DNA of 64,000 bases from Candidatus Eiseniibacteriota bacterium (GTDB taxonomy: Bacteria > Eisenbacteria > RBG-16-71-46 > SZUA-252): assembly GCA_036505295.1 (NCBI GenBank), contig DASXTQ010000019.1, positions 4,446 through 68,445 on the forward strand, in the 5' to 3' direction. The position numbers and the translations under genes are program-made. The notes beneath the pieces were generated by a model, which saw nothing but the letters and a program-made list of their open reading frames with translations, did no database searches and was not told the DNA's origin. Position 1 is the stretch's first letter; each line of letters starts with the position of its first letter. Positions 39,151 to 48,366 of this stretch are shown in pieces.

Positions 39151-39708
39151 ATGAGCCCGAGCGAAGTCCATTCCCCGCCTCGCCGCCGCTGGTTCGATCG
39201 CCGATTCGAGCTCGGGCTCCCGCGGGAGGCGTTCCTGGATATTCTCGAGCGCGTTCGCGGCACCCCCGCGCGTCTCGAAGAGCGCGTTCGCGGTCTGACG
39301 GCGAGTGTGCTGGTACAGAGGATCGGCGAGGCGTGGTCGATTCAAGAGAACATCGGACATCTGCTTGATCTCGAGGAGTTGTGGGCTGGCCGGCTCGATG
39401 ACTTTCTGCATGGAGCCAAGCAGCTCCGCCCCGCGGATCTTCAGAATCGGAAAACACACGAGGCTCGGCACAACGATCGGCCGCTCGAGGACCTCCTGAC
39501 CGCGTTCCGAAGCGCTCGCCTCACCACGGTCGAGCGACTCGAGGCACTGGGGCCGGCCGACCTGGATCGCACCGCCCTTCATCCACGTCTGGCCCAGCCC
39601 ATGAGCGTGATCGACCACTTCTTCTTCGTCGCCGAGCACGACGATCATCACCTCGCGGCCATTGGCGGGCTCATCCGCGCCCATCGGTCGCGAGGAGTGG
39701 GAGCCTAA
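39151..39708 (+). CDS. DinB_2/DinB-like family protein (paralog 2)
   Basis: GHLLDLEELWAGRL...IDHFFFVAEHDDHHLAAIGGLI. Confidence 0.65.
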   Translation: MSPSEVHSPPRRRWFDRRFELGLPREAFLDILERVRGTPARLEERVRGLTASVLVQRIGEAWSIQENIGHLLDLEELWAGRLDDFLHGAKQLRPADLQNRKTHEARHNDRPLEDLLTAFRSARLTTVERLEALGPADLDRTALHPRLAQPMSVIDHFFFVAEHDDHHLAAIGGLIRAHRSRGVGA

Positions 39709-39761
39709 CGCAGGGATTCGTCCGGCCCGAAACGCATCAACCAACCTAGGAGATCGCGTCC

Positions 39762-40727
39762 GTGTTCATCGGTCACTACGGTGTGAGCTTCGCCACAAAG
39801 AGCGGCGATCGGTCGATCCCTCTCTGGGTTCTTTTCATCGCGGTCCAGCTGCTCGATGTCGCCTGGGCTCCTTTCGTGCTTCTCGGGATCGAGAAGGTGC
39901 GCATCGTGCCGGGGTTCACCGCGACGAATCCGCTCGATCTCTATTACATGCCTTTCACCCACAGCCTGGTCGCCGCGCTGCTCTGGTCCGCGGCAGCGTT
40001 TGCCGTGTATCGACTGGTCGCACCAGGCAAGAGGGCTTCGTCGGCGCTCCTCGTCGGCGCGGCCGTTTTCTCGCACTGGGTTCTCGACCTTCTCGTTCAC
40101 AGGCCGGACCTGCCACTCTACGACAACACCGCGAAGGTGGGCCTCGGGCTCTGGAATTTCCCCGCCCTGGCCCTCGGCCTGGAAGCCGTCCTTCTCTTCG
40201 GCGGAATGTGGCTGTACTTCCGGAGCGGGGCGGTGCGGCGGACCGCGATCGTCGTGTTCGGCCTGATCATGCTCGGTGTGCAGGTGTACGTGTTCTTCGG
40301 CCCGCCTCCTCCCTCGGGCAAAGCGGCCGCGGTCATGGCGCTGGTGGCCTACGCGGTCTTCGCATTGGTGATTCGAATGCTGGAGCGGCCGCCGCGCCTG
40401 AGACAGGCAACGGCCATTTCCGCCCTCCTGGTCACGGCGTGTGTCGTCGCCGGCTGTGCGGCCGGCACCGGGCTTCACCCCGCGATCGATGCTCCGACCC
40501 ATTTTCTGGTGCGGGGGCCCGACGGGCGGGCTGTGGAGCCCACTCCAGGCGCCGGCTGCCACACTCCAATGATTGATCCGCGGGACGGCGCTCCTCTGAT
40601 CCTGATCCGGTCCGCGGGCGGGCAAGGCGACTATCAGGTTCCCGTCGCCCGATACGGTGTTCGCAAGGGAGAGCTTCTGCGACTGGACTGCGCCACAGGG
40701 AACGTGATCGGGATCATCCGACGCTGA
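39762..40727 (+). CDS. Membrane-bound metal-dependent hydrolase-like protein (YdjM/DUF457-like) with soluble C-terminal extension
   Basis: N-terminus FIGHYGVSFA..., six hydrophobic segments with conserved His/Asp. Family assignment is tentative. Confidence 0.55.
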   Translation: MFIGHYGVSFATKSGDRSIPLWVLFIAVQLLDVAWAPFVLLGIEKVRIVPGFTATNPLDLYYMPFTHSLVAALLWSAAAFAVYRLVAPGKRASSALLVGAAVFSHWVLDLLVHRPDLPLYDNTAKVGLGLWNFPALALGLEAVLLFGGMWLYFRSGAVRRTAIVVFGLIMLGVQVYVFFGPPPPSGKAAAVMALVAYAVFALVIRMLERPPRLRQATAISALLVTACVVAGCAAGTGLHPAIDAPTHFLVRGPDGRAVEPTPGAGCHTPMIDPRDGAPLILIRSAGGQGDYQVPVARYGVRKGELLRLDCATGNVIGIIRR

Positions 40728-40818
40728 TGTCGGGAAGTCGGATTCCGCGTGGCGCGGGCCGCCGCCGAACTAGCGCCCGCCATTGATCGCGGGCCCAAGG
40801 CCGCGTAGAGTGCCGCGA

Positions 40819-41100
40819 ATGCCCGAGACCCTGTACATGGTGGTCGAACACTTCAAGAACAAGGACCCGAAACCGATCTATCGTCGCTTTCGTGATCAGG
40901 GCCGGATGGCCCCGGACGGGCTCGCCTACGTCGCAAGCTGGATCGACGACAAGCTCGAGCGATGTTTTCAGCTGATGCGGACCAACGATCGAGCGCTGCT
41001 GGATACATGGATGGCCCGCTGGAGCGACCTGGTGGATTTCGAGGTGTATCCCGTCATCACCTCGCCAGAGGCCGTCGAGCGGGTTGGGCCGTCGCTCTGA
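40819..41100 (+). CDS. DUF3303-family small protein
   Basis: MPETLYMVVEHFKNKDPKPIYRRFRDQGRMAPDGLAYVASWID...RCFQLMRTND is characteristic of DUF3303. Confidence 0.6.
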   Translation: MPETLYMVVEHFKNKDPKPIYRRFRDQGRMAPDGLAYVASWIDDKLERCFQLMRTNDRALLDTWMARWSDLVDFEVYPVITSPEAVERVGPSL

Positions 41101-41116
41101 GCTCCAGGAGACCAGA

Positions 41117-41680
41117 ATGAGGCGGTTCGTCCTTGCGATTGCCGGCCTTCTCGTCATTGTCATGGCGCTTTTCCCCCCATGGGAGCGCGTCGCCACGACG
41201 GCACCGGGGGTCGTCGTCGTCCGCCCGGCGGGTTACCAATGGATCTTCACGCCGCCCGAGCCGGCTCCTCCCGAGCCCGCTCGTTCCGAGATCCGCTGGT
41301 TTGACTATGAGTCCGCCCGCGATGAGGGCCACACCGACGACGAAATCGCGCGGTTTCTCTCCGAGGCTCAGCAAGTGCACAAAGGGGTCTACATTTCGAA
41401 GGAAGATTACGCCGCCTATTCGGTGAAGGCGAACGACCCGACCTCCAATCCCGCGGCCATCGCGCCTTTTGTAAAGCCTCGCCCGCTCGAGGAAAATATC
41501 GCCGCGTCCTCGATCCGCAAGAGCGGGGATCTTCTGGGTCAAAAAGGAGTGCGCCTCGATGTCGTTCGCCTGCTGGTCCAGCTGCTCGGAGCGGTGGGCG
41601 TCGCGTTCTTGGGCTTCGCGTTGCCGGCCGGTGGCAGGTCGGGGATTGAAGAAGACGCGAGCGGACGGCGGCGCCTCTAG
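41117..41680 (+). CDS. Hypothetical membrane-anchored protein
   Basis: N-terminal TM (MRRFVLAIAGLLVIVMALF) and a C-terminal hydrophobic segment. Confidence 0.5.
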   Translation: MRRFVLAIAGLLVIVMALFPPWERVATTAPGVVVVRPAGYQWIFTPPEPAPPEPARSEIRWFDYESARDEGHTDDEIARFLSEAQQVHKGVYISKEDYAAYSVKANDPTSNPAAIAPFVKPRPLEENIAASSIRKSGDLLGQKGVRLDVVRLLVQLLGAVGVAFLGFALPAGGRSGIEEDASGRRRL

Positions 41681-41717
41681 GTCCGTTCGGCGGCGCTCCC
41701 GCGTAACCGCCCTCGAA

Positions 41718-42929
41718 CTACAGCGTCTTTAGAAACGCGATTACCGCCTCTCGCTCTTTCGGGGTGAGCGCTTTGAAGCGGTCCCGCGCGCCCGATCCTT
41801 CGCCCCCATGCAGCTCGATCGCCTGGTCGAGCGTGGCGGCGCGGCCATCGTGGAGGAAATGGTGTGCGAGACGCACGCCGACGAGAGGCTCGGTCCTGAA
41901 TTCGGACGGGGCCGCGAGGCCGAGGCAAATGTCCGCCAGGTCCGGGCCCATGTCGTGGACGAGAAGGTCGGTATAGGCAAAGAATCGCTTCCGATCGAGC
42001 GCCTGTATGGGGTTTTCCCCCGTGCGAAGCGTCGGAAAATGGCACGAAGCGCACCCGATTCGATCGAATAGATAACGGCCGTTTCCGGCCGCCCCCGTCT
42101 GTCGCAGGGGCGAGGGCGGGGCCAGGAAGCGCACGAAGTCGTTCGTGAGATCGAGCGCCTCTTGGTTGATCTCAGGGTCGGGGGTGGGATCGACCCCGTC
42201 AGGAATTGGCGCTCCACCGATCGATTCCTCGGTCGGGACGGCTGGATTCGTGATGCCCTGCTCGATGACGAATGCGCCCGCGTTGAATTCGCTCAGCGTC
42301 GGCACGAATGCCTTGCGCCCGAACCGCCCGATGCGCCCATCCACGAAGCGGTTCAAGCGCCCGGAAATCCCATCGTGGTTCCTGTCGTCGGGATCGGCGT
42401 AAGAGACGAGGTCCGAGTCGGGCACGGCATCGAGCAGACCACGACCGAAAATCGCCAGCGAGGTTCGTAGGCCACGCCCGGTGGCCTCTTTGGGGAGGGG
42501 TTCCTTGTCGAGTCCCAAGGCAGCCTTGAGCGCGGGCGTTGCGTCCTGCTGGATGACCGGGCCACCTTCGCCCGCGAGCGGATCGCAGTTCCCGTCGGCG
42601 TGGAATGCCGTGGCGTGCACCTCCACCTCATCGCCGCTTCCCCCCGACACGGGATCCTCGTGGCACTCCCCGCAGGCGGTGGAGTTGAAGAGCGGGCCAA
42701 GTCCCGTTTCGGGCGTGAAGACACTGTCGAAGACCGCCCGGCCGCGCCGGAACCGGTCGCGTTGCTCGGCGGTCAGACCGGAGATGGGATCGCCTGGGTG
42801 CACGGGCTTCGCGCAACCGCTCGCGACGAGGGCGACGAGAAGGAGGACCGATGCGGCCGGCGCCAGCCTCAACGCGGGCCAACCTTCTCGATGCGATCCG
42901 CGATGAGCTGTTTGCCGGAATAATGGCAT
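41718..42929 (-). CDS. Di-haem cytochrome c oxidoreductase (DUF1111/'thiol oxidoreductase'-like lipoprotein)
   Basis: Lipoprotein signal (LLLVALVASGCA) and two CxxCH motifs (CGECH, CASCH) in a DUF1111-like arrangement. The annotated 5' end overlaps the upstream small gene by 61 nt, so the true start may be an internal CTG/TTG. Confidence 0.7.
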   Translation of the reverse strand: MPLFRQTAHRGSHREGWPALRLAPAASVLLLVALVASGCAKPVHPGDPISGLTAEQRDRFRRGRAVFDSVFTPETGLGPLFNSTACGECHEDPVSGGSGDEVEVHATAFHADGNCDPLAGEGGPVIQQDATPALKAALGLDKEPLPKEATGRGLRTSLAIFGRGLLDAVPDSDLVSYADPDDRNHDGISGRLNRFVDGRIGRFGRKAFVPTLSEFNAGAFVIEQGITNPAVPTEESIGGAPIPDGVDPTPDPEINQEALDLTNDFVRFLAPPSPLRQTGAAGNGRYLFDRIGCASCHFPTLRTGENPIQALDRKRFFAYTDLLVHDMGPDLADICLGLAAPSEFRTEPLVGVRLAHHFLHDGRAATLDQAIELHGGEGSGARDRFKALTPKEREAVIAFLKTL

Positions 42930-43189
42930 TGCACACGCACGATGTCGCCGCGCTTCAGCGCGCTCATCGAAACCGCGGCGCCTCCGCTCGCGAGGGTGGG
43001 CGGGACCGAGAGGTGCACGAGCCGCAGGGCCATGCCGACCCCGGTGACCACATCGAGGGATCCGCTCTTCGGCTGTAAGGCGTGGACGGTGCCTTGAATC
43101 GAGGTATAGGCAGGTTGTTGCTGCGCGGCGACGGCAACGAGAGTGGATGCCAGAACGAGAAGGAGCGCTGCGCTCGCGATCCGCTTCAT
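42869..43189 (-). CDS. Small secreted beta-rich protein
   Basis: Signal peptide MKRIASAALLLVLASTLVAVAA, 106 aa. Confidence 0.5.
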   Translation of the reverse strand: MKRIASAALLLVLASTLVAVAAQQQPAYTSIQGTVHALQPKSGSLDVVTGVGMALRLVHLSVPPTLASGGAAVSMSALKRGDIVRVQCHYSGKQLIADRIEKVGPR

Positions 43190-43544
43190 GTGAGGCCTCC
43201 CTTCAGGAAACCACCCGTACCAATCCTACCCCCGCACGCGAGTTGAGGATCCGCCAATATATCACCAAGCCAGCGGCGTGGCTTGGATCGACCACGCCGC
43301 CGCGTCCGTCAGGGTTTCCCCTACCCATTTTGGAGGATTCCCCCGATGGCGCATTGCGGTCACCTCAACGACCATCCGCAACAAGTGGCAGGCACGCTGG
43401 CATCTCGGTAAGCGCTCGCTGGCGACCTAAACCTAAACAGATCCCCCCAATTGCCTCGGGTCCACTACGAGCGGCGACCGGAGGGCCGGCACCTGCCACT
43501 TGCTCCTCTTTTACGCATCCGCCCCCGTTGGTATGCTCCCCCGA

Positions 43545-43820
43545 ATGACCCGCTTTGTCCTTTCGGTGTATCTCGCGCTCGTGGCGGTAGCGGGCGTCGC
43601 AGCCGCGTTCCGACTGAGCCAGTCAAGCGACATGCCCGGACTTGCAGCGATTGAGCTCGTCCTCCTAGCCATGCCGTGGAGCTTCGCGCTTGGCGTGGAA
43701 CCGATGTCGCGTCTGGGCTGGGCAGGCATGGCCGGCATCGTCATCGGCGGCATCGCCCTCAATGCGCTGCTGATACGATCGGCGGCCGCCTGGGCGCAAC
43801 GACGTTGGCAGCGGCGCTGA
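43545..43820 (+). CDS. Small membrane protein
   Basis: Two or three TM helices (MTRFVLSVYLALVAVAGVAAA...). Confidence 0.4.
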   Translation: MTRFVLSVYLALVAVAGVAAAFRLSQSSDMPGLAAIELVLLAMPWSFALGVEPMSRLGWAGMAGIVIGGIALNALLIRSAAAWAQRRWQRR

Positions 43821-43843
43821 TCGCGCCGAGGGCACGGTCTTCA

Positions 43844-44353
43844 ATGATTGCTACGTGGAAGCCAATCCTCTGGCAGCAGTTCGGGGCCTCCATCGACATG
43901 TTGGAGAATGCGCTGCTCGCTTGTCCCGAGGAGCTGTGGAACGACCGCTCGCGGCAACCGGAGTACTGGTATGTCGTTTTTCACACGCTCTTCTTTCTCG
44001 ACTTCTATTTATCGGACTCGTCCGAGGGCTTCACTCCGCCGGCCCCTTTCACGCTCGACGAGCTGGACCCAGCGGGGTTGCTTCCCGAACGGGTGTACAC
44101 GAAGGACGAGCTTCGAACCTACCTCGCGCACGGGCGAAGAAAGTGCCGAGCAAGGATCGAAGCTCTGACGGAGGAAAGCGTCGGCCAACGCTGCGGGTTC
44201 GAACGGCCGGATGTTACGGTCTCGGAGTTGCTCCTCTACAATATGCGCCACGTTCAGCACCATGCCGCACAGTTGAACCTGATCTTGCGCCAAACCATCG
44301 ACTCTGCCCCCACCTGGGTCTCCAAGACGAAGATCAAGCTCCGTGGTGACTAG
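43844..44353 (+). CDS. DinB_2/DinB-like family protein (paralog 3)
   Basis: WQQFGASIDMLENALLACPEELW...LYNMRHVQHHAAQLNLIL. Confidence 0.65.
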   Translation: MIATWKPILWQQFGASIDMLENALLACPEELWNDRSRQPEYWYVVFHTLFFLDFYLSDSSEGFTPPAPFTLDELDPAGLLPERVYTKDELRTYLAHGRRKCRARIEALTEESVGQRCGFERPDVTVSELLLYNMRHVQHHAAQLNLILRQTIDSAPTWVSKTKIKLRGD

Positions 44354-44406
44354 ACGCTCGGGCGACTGCATCCACTCCCGGTTTCAACGGAAGCGAGGCA
44401 CTCGAC

Positions 44407-44781
44407 ATGCCGGTCACGTATGCCCTGGTAGGGGCTCTCCTCAAATTGGATCTTGAGGGCCGTTACCGTCCCAAGGACATCGTCGCGCAGTTTCTTGCGG
44501 GGCTGGCTGATCCGAGATGCCCCGACAGGGTCGCTCTGTTGCTGGACGTGACACGTTCGGAATCGCTGGAGACGCGAGAACCGCATGAGATCCGGCGCAT
44601 CGCTCAGTTCTTGGGCCCGTATCACGCGCGAATTGGTGGCCGCTGCGCCGTGGTAGCGAGAACGGACGTGCACTTCGGTCTGAGCAAAATGGGGAGCGTC
44701 TACAGCGAGTCTGTCGGAGTAAGGGCCGCAGTTTTTCGCGACTCCAAATCAGCGCTCGATTGGCTAGGGGTCCCATCCTGA
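44407..44781 (+). CDS. Hypothetical protein (possible STAS-like fold)
   Basis: Non-repetitive 124-aa ORF ending ...SKSALDWLGV. No firm family. Confidence 0.4.
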   Translation: MPVTYALVGALLKLDLEGRYRPKDIVAQFLAGLADPRCPDRVALLLDVTRSESLETREPHEIRRIAQFLGPYHARIGGRCAVVARTDVHFGLSKMGSVYSESVGVRAAVFRDSKSALDWLGVPS

Positions 44782-45113
44782 GCGGTTCGCAACGCGAGGA
44801 CAGCCTGCTCCGCCAGATCAGGGCCATCGCCGCGATGCTCGCCCGCATTGCCGGTTTGCGAATGGCCGGCCAGATCGAGGAAGCCAAGGCTGAGCTGGAG
44901 CGGGCGTACACCCTGCTGCTCGGGTCACAGACCGACCTGGTCCGACGGGTCGATTCATCGACGGCCGCCAAACTTCTCGGCTCTTCGGATCGGATTCAAG
45001 CGCTCGTCCAACTGCTTGACGAGGAAGCTGCGCTGGAAGGAGACGCGACCCGGGCGGCGCGTCTGAGGGTGCGCGCAGCAGAGCTCAGCGCTGAGGCGGC
45101 GCGCCGCGCGTGA
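44760..45113 (+). CDS. Hypothetical coiled-coil protein
   Basis: Helical Ala/Leu/Glu-rich ORF. The start is uncertain: a TTG at 44760 or the ATG at 44835. Confidence 0.3.
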   Translation: MARGPILSGSQREDSLLRQIRAIAAMLARIAGLRMAGQIEEAKAELERAYTLLLGSQTDLVRRVDSSTAAKLLGSSDRIQALVQLLDEEAALEGDATRAARLRVRAAELSAEAARRA

Positions 45114-45333
45114 TGGGGGAGGTCGATGGAGCTACGAAGCAGAGGCTCTATCACGCCTAAGCGTTCCACGCGGCCGGACCGGATGAACGTCTCATGCTAC
45201 AATGATCATCGTGTGGGTGAGTCGGGTAACCGCTTCCTTGCCCGGCATTTTGCCCTCGGTGTTCTGAAGGGGAGGTGGCGGTGACCGAGGCCTTGCTGTT
45301 TGTCCATGTTGCGCTCGCCCAGGAGGCGGAATC

Positions 45334-45966
45334 GTGATTCGTGCCCTCATCGCTGATGATCATGCCGTCCTTCGGCGGGGCCTGGCCGACGTGTTGAGCG
45401 AGGAGCGCGACATCGTCGTTCGAGGCGAGGCGGGGAGTTGCCGGGAGGTCTTGGCAAAGCTCCGGCAAGGCGAGTGGGATGTGGTCGTGCTCGATCTCAA
45501 CTTTCCCGACGGGAACGGCCTCGACTTGCTCCGCGAAATCAAGCGCGAGCGCCCGAAGCTCCCGATCCTCATCCTGACCATTGCCTCCGAGGACCAATAC
45601 GCGGTTCGCGCGCTCCGGTCCGGAGCCTCCGGATACCTCACCAAAGAGAGCGCGCCGGAGGAGCTGGTCCAGGCGGTCCGGAAGGTCGTGGCGGGGGGGC
45701 GCTATGTGAGTCCCAAGCTGGCGGAACGTCTCGCAGTCATGATCGACCGCGACGCCGAACAGCCACCGCACGACCAGCTTTCCGAGCGGGAATTCCAGGT
45801 ATTCCGGCTCATCGCATCCGGCCGCGCCGTCTCGCAAGTTGCCGAAGAGCTGCACCTGAGCGTGAAAACCGTCAGCACCTATCGCGCGCGCGTCCTCGAG
45901 AAGATGAATCTCCGCACGAACGCCGAGCTGACCGTATACGCGGTCCGTAACCACCTCGTCGAATAG
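45334..45966 (+). CDS. Response regulator, NarL/FixJ family (orphan)
   Basis: REC (ALIADDHAVLRRGL...VVVLDLNFPDGNG) plus LuxR HTH (LSEREFQVFRLIASGRAVSQVAEELHLSVKTVSTYR). Confidence 0.85.
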   Translation: MIRALIADDHAVLRRGLADVLSEERDIVVRGEAGSCREVLAKLRQGEWDVVVLDLNFPDGNGLDLLREIKRERPKLPILILTIASEDQYAVRALRSGASGYLTKESAPEELVQAVRKVVAGGRYVSPKLAERLAVMIDRDAEQPPHDQLSEREFQVFRLIASGRAVSQVAEELHLSVKTVSTYRARVLEKMNLRTNAELTVYAVRNHLVE

Positions 45967-46166
45967 CTGACCGGCTCCGTCGCTTCGCTCTCATAGCCGC
46001 CCTCTGTCCGATTTCGTCCGACACAAAATTCAGTGGAACGCCGATTTTCGCGATCCGCACGTTTTCGTATCATTCCTAGGTAGAGAACTACATTGGGGGG
46101 TCTGCCCACCAACGGTCCCATTGCGATGAGCACCGAACCCTCCCCAAGGGGCCGTATTGGGTGGTT

Positions 46167-46196
46167 GGGGACTCGGCGCCTCCGGGCGCCGAGTCC
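46167..46196. repeat. Perfect 13-bp inverted repeat with 4-nt loop (GGGACTCGGCGCC-TCCG-GGCGCCGAGTCCC)
   Basis: Read directly from sequence, in the non-coding stretch downstream of the orphan response regulator. Confidence 0.8.
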
Positions 46197-46476
46197 CACA
46201 TACAACGCGCGCCTCAGCCCAGGCTTGGGCGAAGGTCGAGGCGGGCGACGGTAACGAGGAGTGGGGACCCGCCGGGCTCACGGAGAGTTCGGCAGGTTCG
46301 AGCTTCGATTCGAGCAGACGGCGCGCTCTGGGTGTTCCAGCGCTCCGACTCAGTCCCCCCGGCTGATCGGGCGCGTTCTTCTTGGCTGACATCGCGCGCG
46401 ATCTCTCGATCCGGCTCGATCCCACTCCTCGTTCTATTCTCAGCCTACACCCCAGAAATCCTCTGTTACGCTGCAG

Positions 46477-46811
46477 CGGTGCCGACCAAGGCTATCGTCG
46501 TCAATCGTTCTCCCGTCTTGACGCTCTGGGCGAGTATCGTTGCCGAGCGGCTTGGTTACGCTCGGCCGACCGCGTTGACACTTGGCAAAGCAGTTGCCGG
46601 GCTCAACGCCCAGTCCAAGGGGCGTCGGCTCGGGATCTACGAAGAGGGTCCATCGAAGGCGCCCGGGCGGAAGCCCAGGAATCCTTCGAAGCCGGTCTCG
46701 GGAACGGTCCTGCTTCTCGGCCGCGCCGTGCCCGTGGTCGAGACCCCGGAGGGCCCGCTGGCAGCAGCGAACAACCGCGTCGAGAGCCCGGACAGTGTGC
46801 GGCGGTACTAG
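46477..46811 (+). CDS. Hypothetical protein fragment, terminated by an in-frame TAG with the same frame continuing open to 47029
   Basis: Protein-like sequence (PTKAIVVNRSPVLTLWASIVAERLGYARPTALTLGKAVAGLN...), then TAG at 46809-46811, then more in-frame protein-like sequence (EQKFGAALPEVEAAMRALAKSYPPQQLESIGFSLYEEFRPEVP...). The start is uncertain. Confidence 0.3.
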
Positions 46812-47026
46812 GAGCAGAAGTTCGGCGCGGCCCTGCCGGAAGTCGAGGCCGCGATGCGCGCGCTCGCCAAGTCCTATCCTCCGCAGCAGCTGGAGTCGAT
46901 CGGCTTTTCTCTCTACGAGGAGTTCCGCCCCGAAGTGCCTCGAGGGGTGAAAGGATGGGGCGCCAAGGGACGCCTGGATTTGAATCGTCTACGAGAGCTC
47001 GCCCGTTCGGCGCGGGATCACAAGGC

Positions 47027-47383
47027 ATGAACAAGGTGGTTGAAATACGTTCCTATAACTTGAAGCCCGGGAGCCGCGGCGAATTTCATCGCTTGGTGGT
47101 GGAGGTCTCTTTACCCATGCTGCAGCGTTGGGGTGTTGATGTGGTCGCCTTTGGTCCTTCCCCTCACGACGACAGCTCCTACTATCTCATGCGAGCTTAT
47201 GACAGCCTCGAGCACCGTCAATCCAGCCAGGACGCCTTCTACGGAAGCTCCGAATGGCGGCAAGGCCCACGTGAGAAAATCGTTTCTCTAATCGACAGCC
47301 ATACGTCGATTGTCATCGAGCTGGATTCGTCGGCAGTGGATTCCCTTCGCAAGAGTGCTCCGCCCATGGAGGATCGACCGTGA
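47027..47383 (+). CDS. NIPSNAP-family protein (dimeric alpha/beta-barrel)
   Basis: MNKVVEIRSYNLKPGSRGEFHRLVVEVSLPMLQRWGVDVVAFGPS...YYLMRAYDSLEHRQ...FYGSSEWRQG. Confidence 0.6.
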   Translation: MNKVVEIRSYNLKPGSRGEFHRLVVEVSLPMLQRWGVDVVAFGPSPHDDSSYYLMRAYDSLEHRQSSQDAFYGSSEWRQGPREKIVSLIDSHTSIVIELDSSAVDSLRKSAPPMEDRP

Positions 47384-47775
47384 AGGATCTAACCATCGCG
47401 CTGGAGAATCGCCCCGGCGCGCTGGCCGAGATGGGTGAGGCGTTGGGCCGCGCTGGGGTGAGCGTCGAGGGCGGGGGCGCTTTCGTCGTCAACGGCGCGG
47501 GTGTTGGCCACTTCCTCTTCGCGGACGGAGCCGCGGCCCGCAGGGCTCTCGAGGCAGCCGGCATCCGCGTCCTCGAGGAACGCGAGGTCCTGGTGCAGCG
47601 GCTACGCCAGGGGGAGCCCGGCCAGCTGGGCAAGATCTGCCGCCGGATGGCCGAGGCGGGCGTCAATATCGAGGTCCAATACAGCGATCATGACCACCAG
47701 CTCATCCTGGTGGTGGACGACCTCGAGAAAGGACGGGCGGTTTCCGAGGCGTGGACACGCGAGCGCCGGTCCTGA
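47380..47775 (+). CDS. ACT-domain protein (tandem ACT-like)
   Basis: GTG start overlaps the upstream stop. LTIALENRPGALAEMGEALGRAGVSVEG... and ...GQLGKICRRMAEAGVNIEV. Confidence 0.6.
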   Translation: MKDLTIALENRPGALAEMGEALGRAGVSVEGGGAFVVNGAGVGHFLFADGAAARRALEAAGIRVLEEREVLVQRLRQGEPGQLGKICRRMAEAGVNIEVQYSDHDHQLILVVDDLEKGRAVSEAWTRERRS

Positions 47776-47856
47776 TGCCCGTTGAAGCATCGGCCGGGAA
47801 AATGCGAGGGGGGCGGACTCTGGTCCGCCCCCCTCAAGCAAATGAACCGATCGACC

Positions 47857-48177
47857 TTAGACCGGTAGTGCAGCCGCGATCTTGTGGAACGTCGAGTTGG
47901 AGACCTCGTAGGTATCGATCCGAGGCGTCCCCTCAACGAACTTCGCCAGAAGCTTCACGACTTCCGGGTACGTCTCGCGGTTGTAGGTATCGGCGTTCTC
48001 CGACTTGTCCCACAGGCTGATTCCGAATGCCTTGGCGCCGCCCGTGGCGACGAAGGTGATCTCATCCTGGAAACCCTTCTGCTTCCGAAGCATCGGGATG
48101 ACTTCCGTCTCGAGCTTCTGCGTCAACTCCAAGGAGCTATTGGGCTTAAGTTCCATGGAGACTCTGCGTGCAAACAT
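47857..48177 (-). CDS. Antibiotic-biosynthesis-monooxygenase (ABM)/Dabb-like small protein
   Basis: 106 aa ferredoxin-like stress protein. Perfect AGGAGG RBS 8 nt upstream of the ATG. Confidence 0.65.
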   Translation of the reverse strand: MFARRVSMELKPNSSLELTQKLETEVIPMLRKQKGFQDEITFVATGGAKAFGISLWDKSENADTYNRETYPEVVKLLAKFVEGTPRIDTYEVSNSTFHKIAAALPV

Positions 48178-48276
48178 GGCAACCTCCTAGGTTGTCTGGC
48201 CAAGGGGGGTTGTTTCAGATAACCCAAGCTAGTTTAGCCCGCCTGAAGACTCCCTTCGTCCATTAACTAAGATAGG

Positions 48277-48344
48277 TGAATTATTCTGTATTGTCAAGTG
48301 ACACAGAGAATTATTTTGACTACTTAATCATTTTGAGTTAATCA
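48277..48344. promoter_or_regulatory. AT-rich operator/promoter region: GAATTATT direct repeats flanking a TGTCA-AG-TGACA palindrome, plus TTAATCA direct repeats, upstream of the XRE regulator
   Basis: GAATTATTC (48277), TGTCAAGTGACA (48292-48303), GAATTATTT (48307), TTAATCA x2 (48324, 48338). Local GC is far below the window average. Confidence 0.5.
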
Positions 48345-48366
48345 AGCGGAGGGTACTCAGTTAGGG

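Noticed and set aside
45114-45333. Sigma-70-like promoter around TACAAT at ~45196 upstream of the orphan response regulator
   Set aside because: The -10-like hexamer has no convincing -35 at 16-18 bp spacing. Too weak to annotate.
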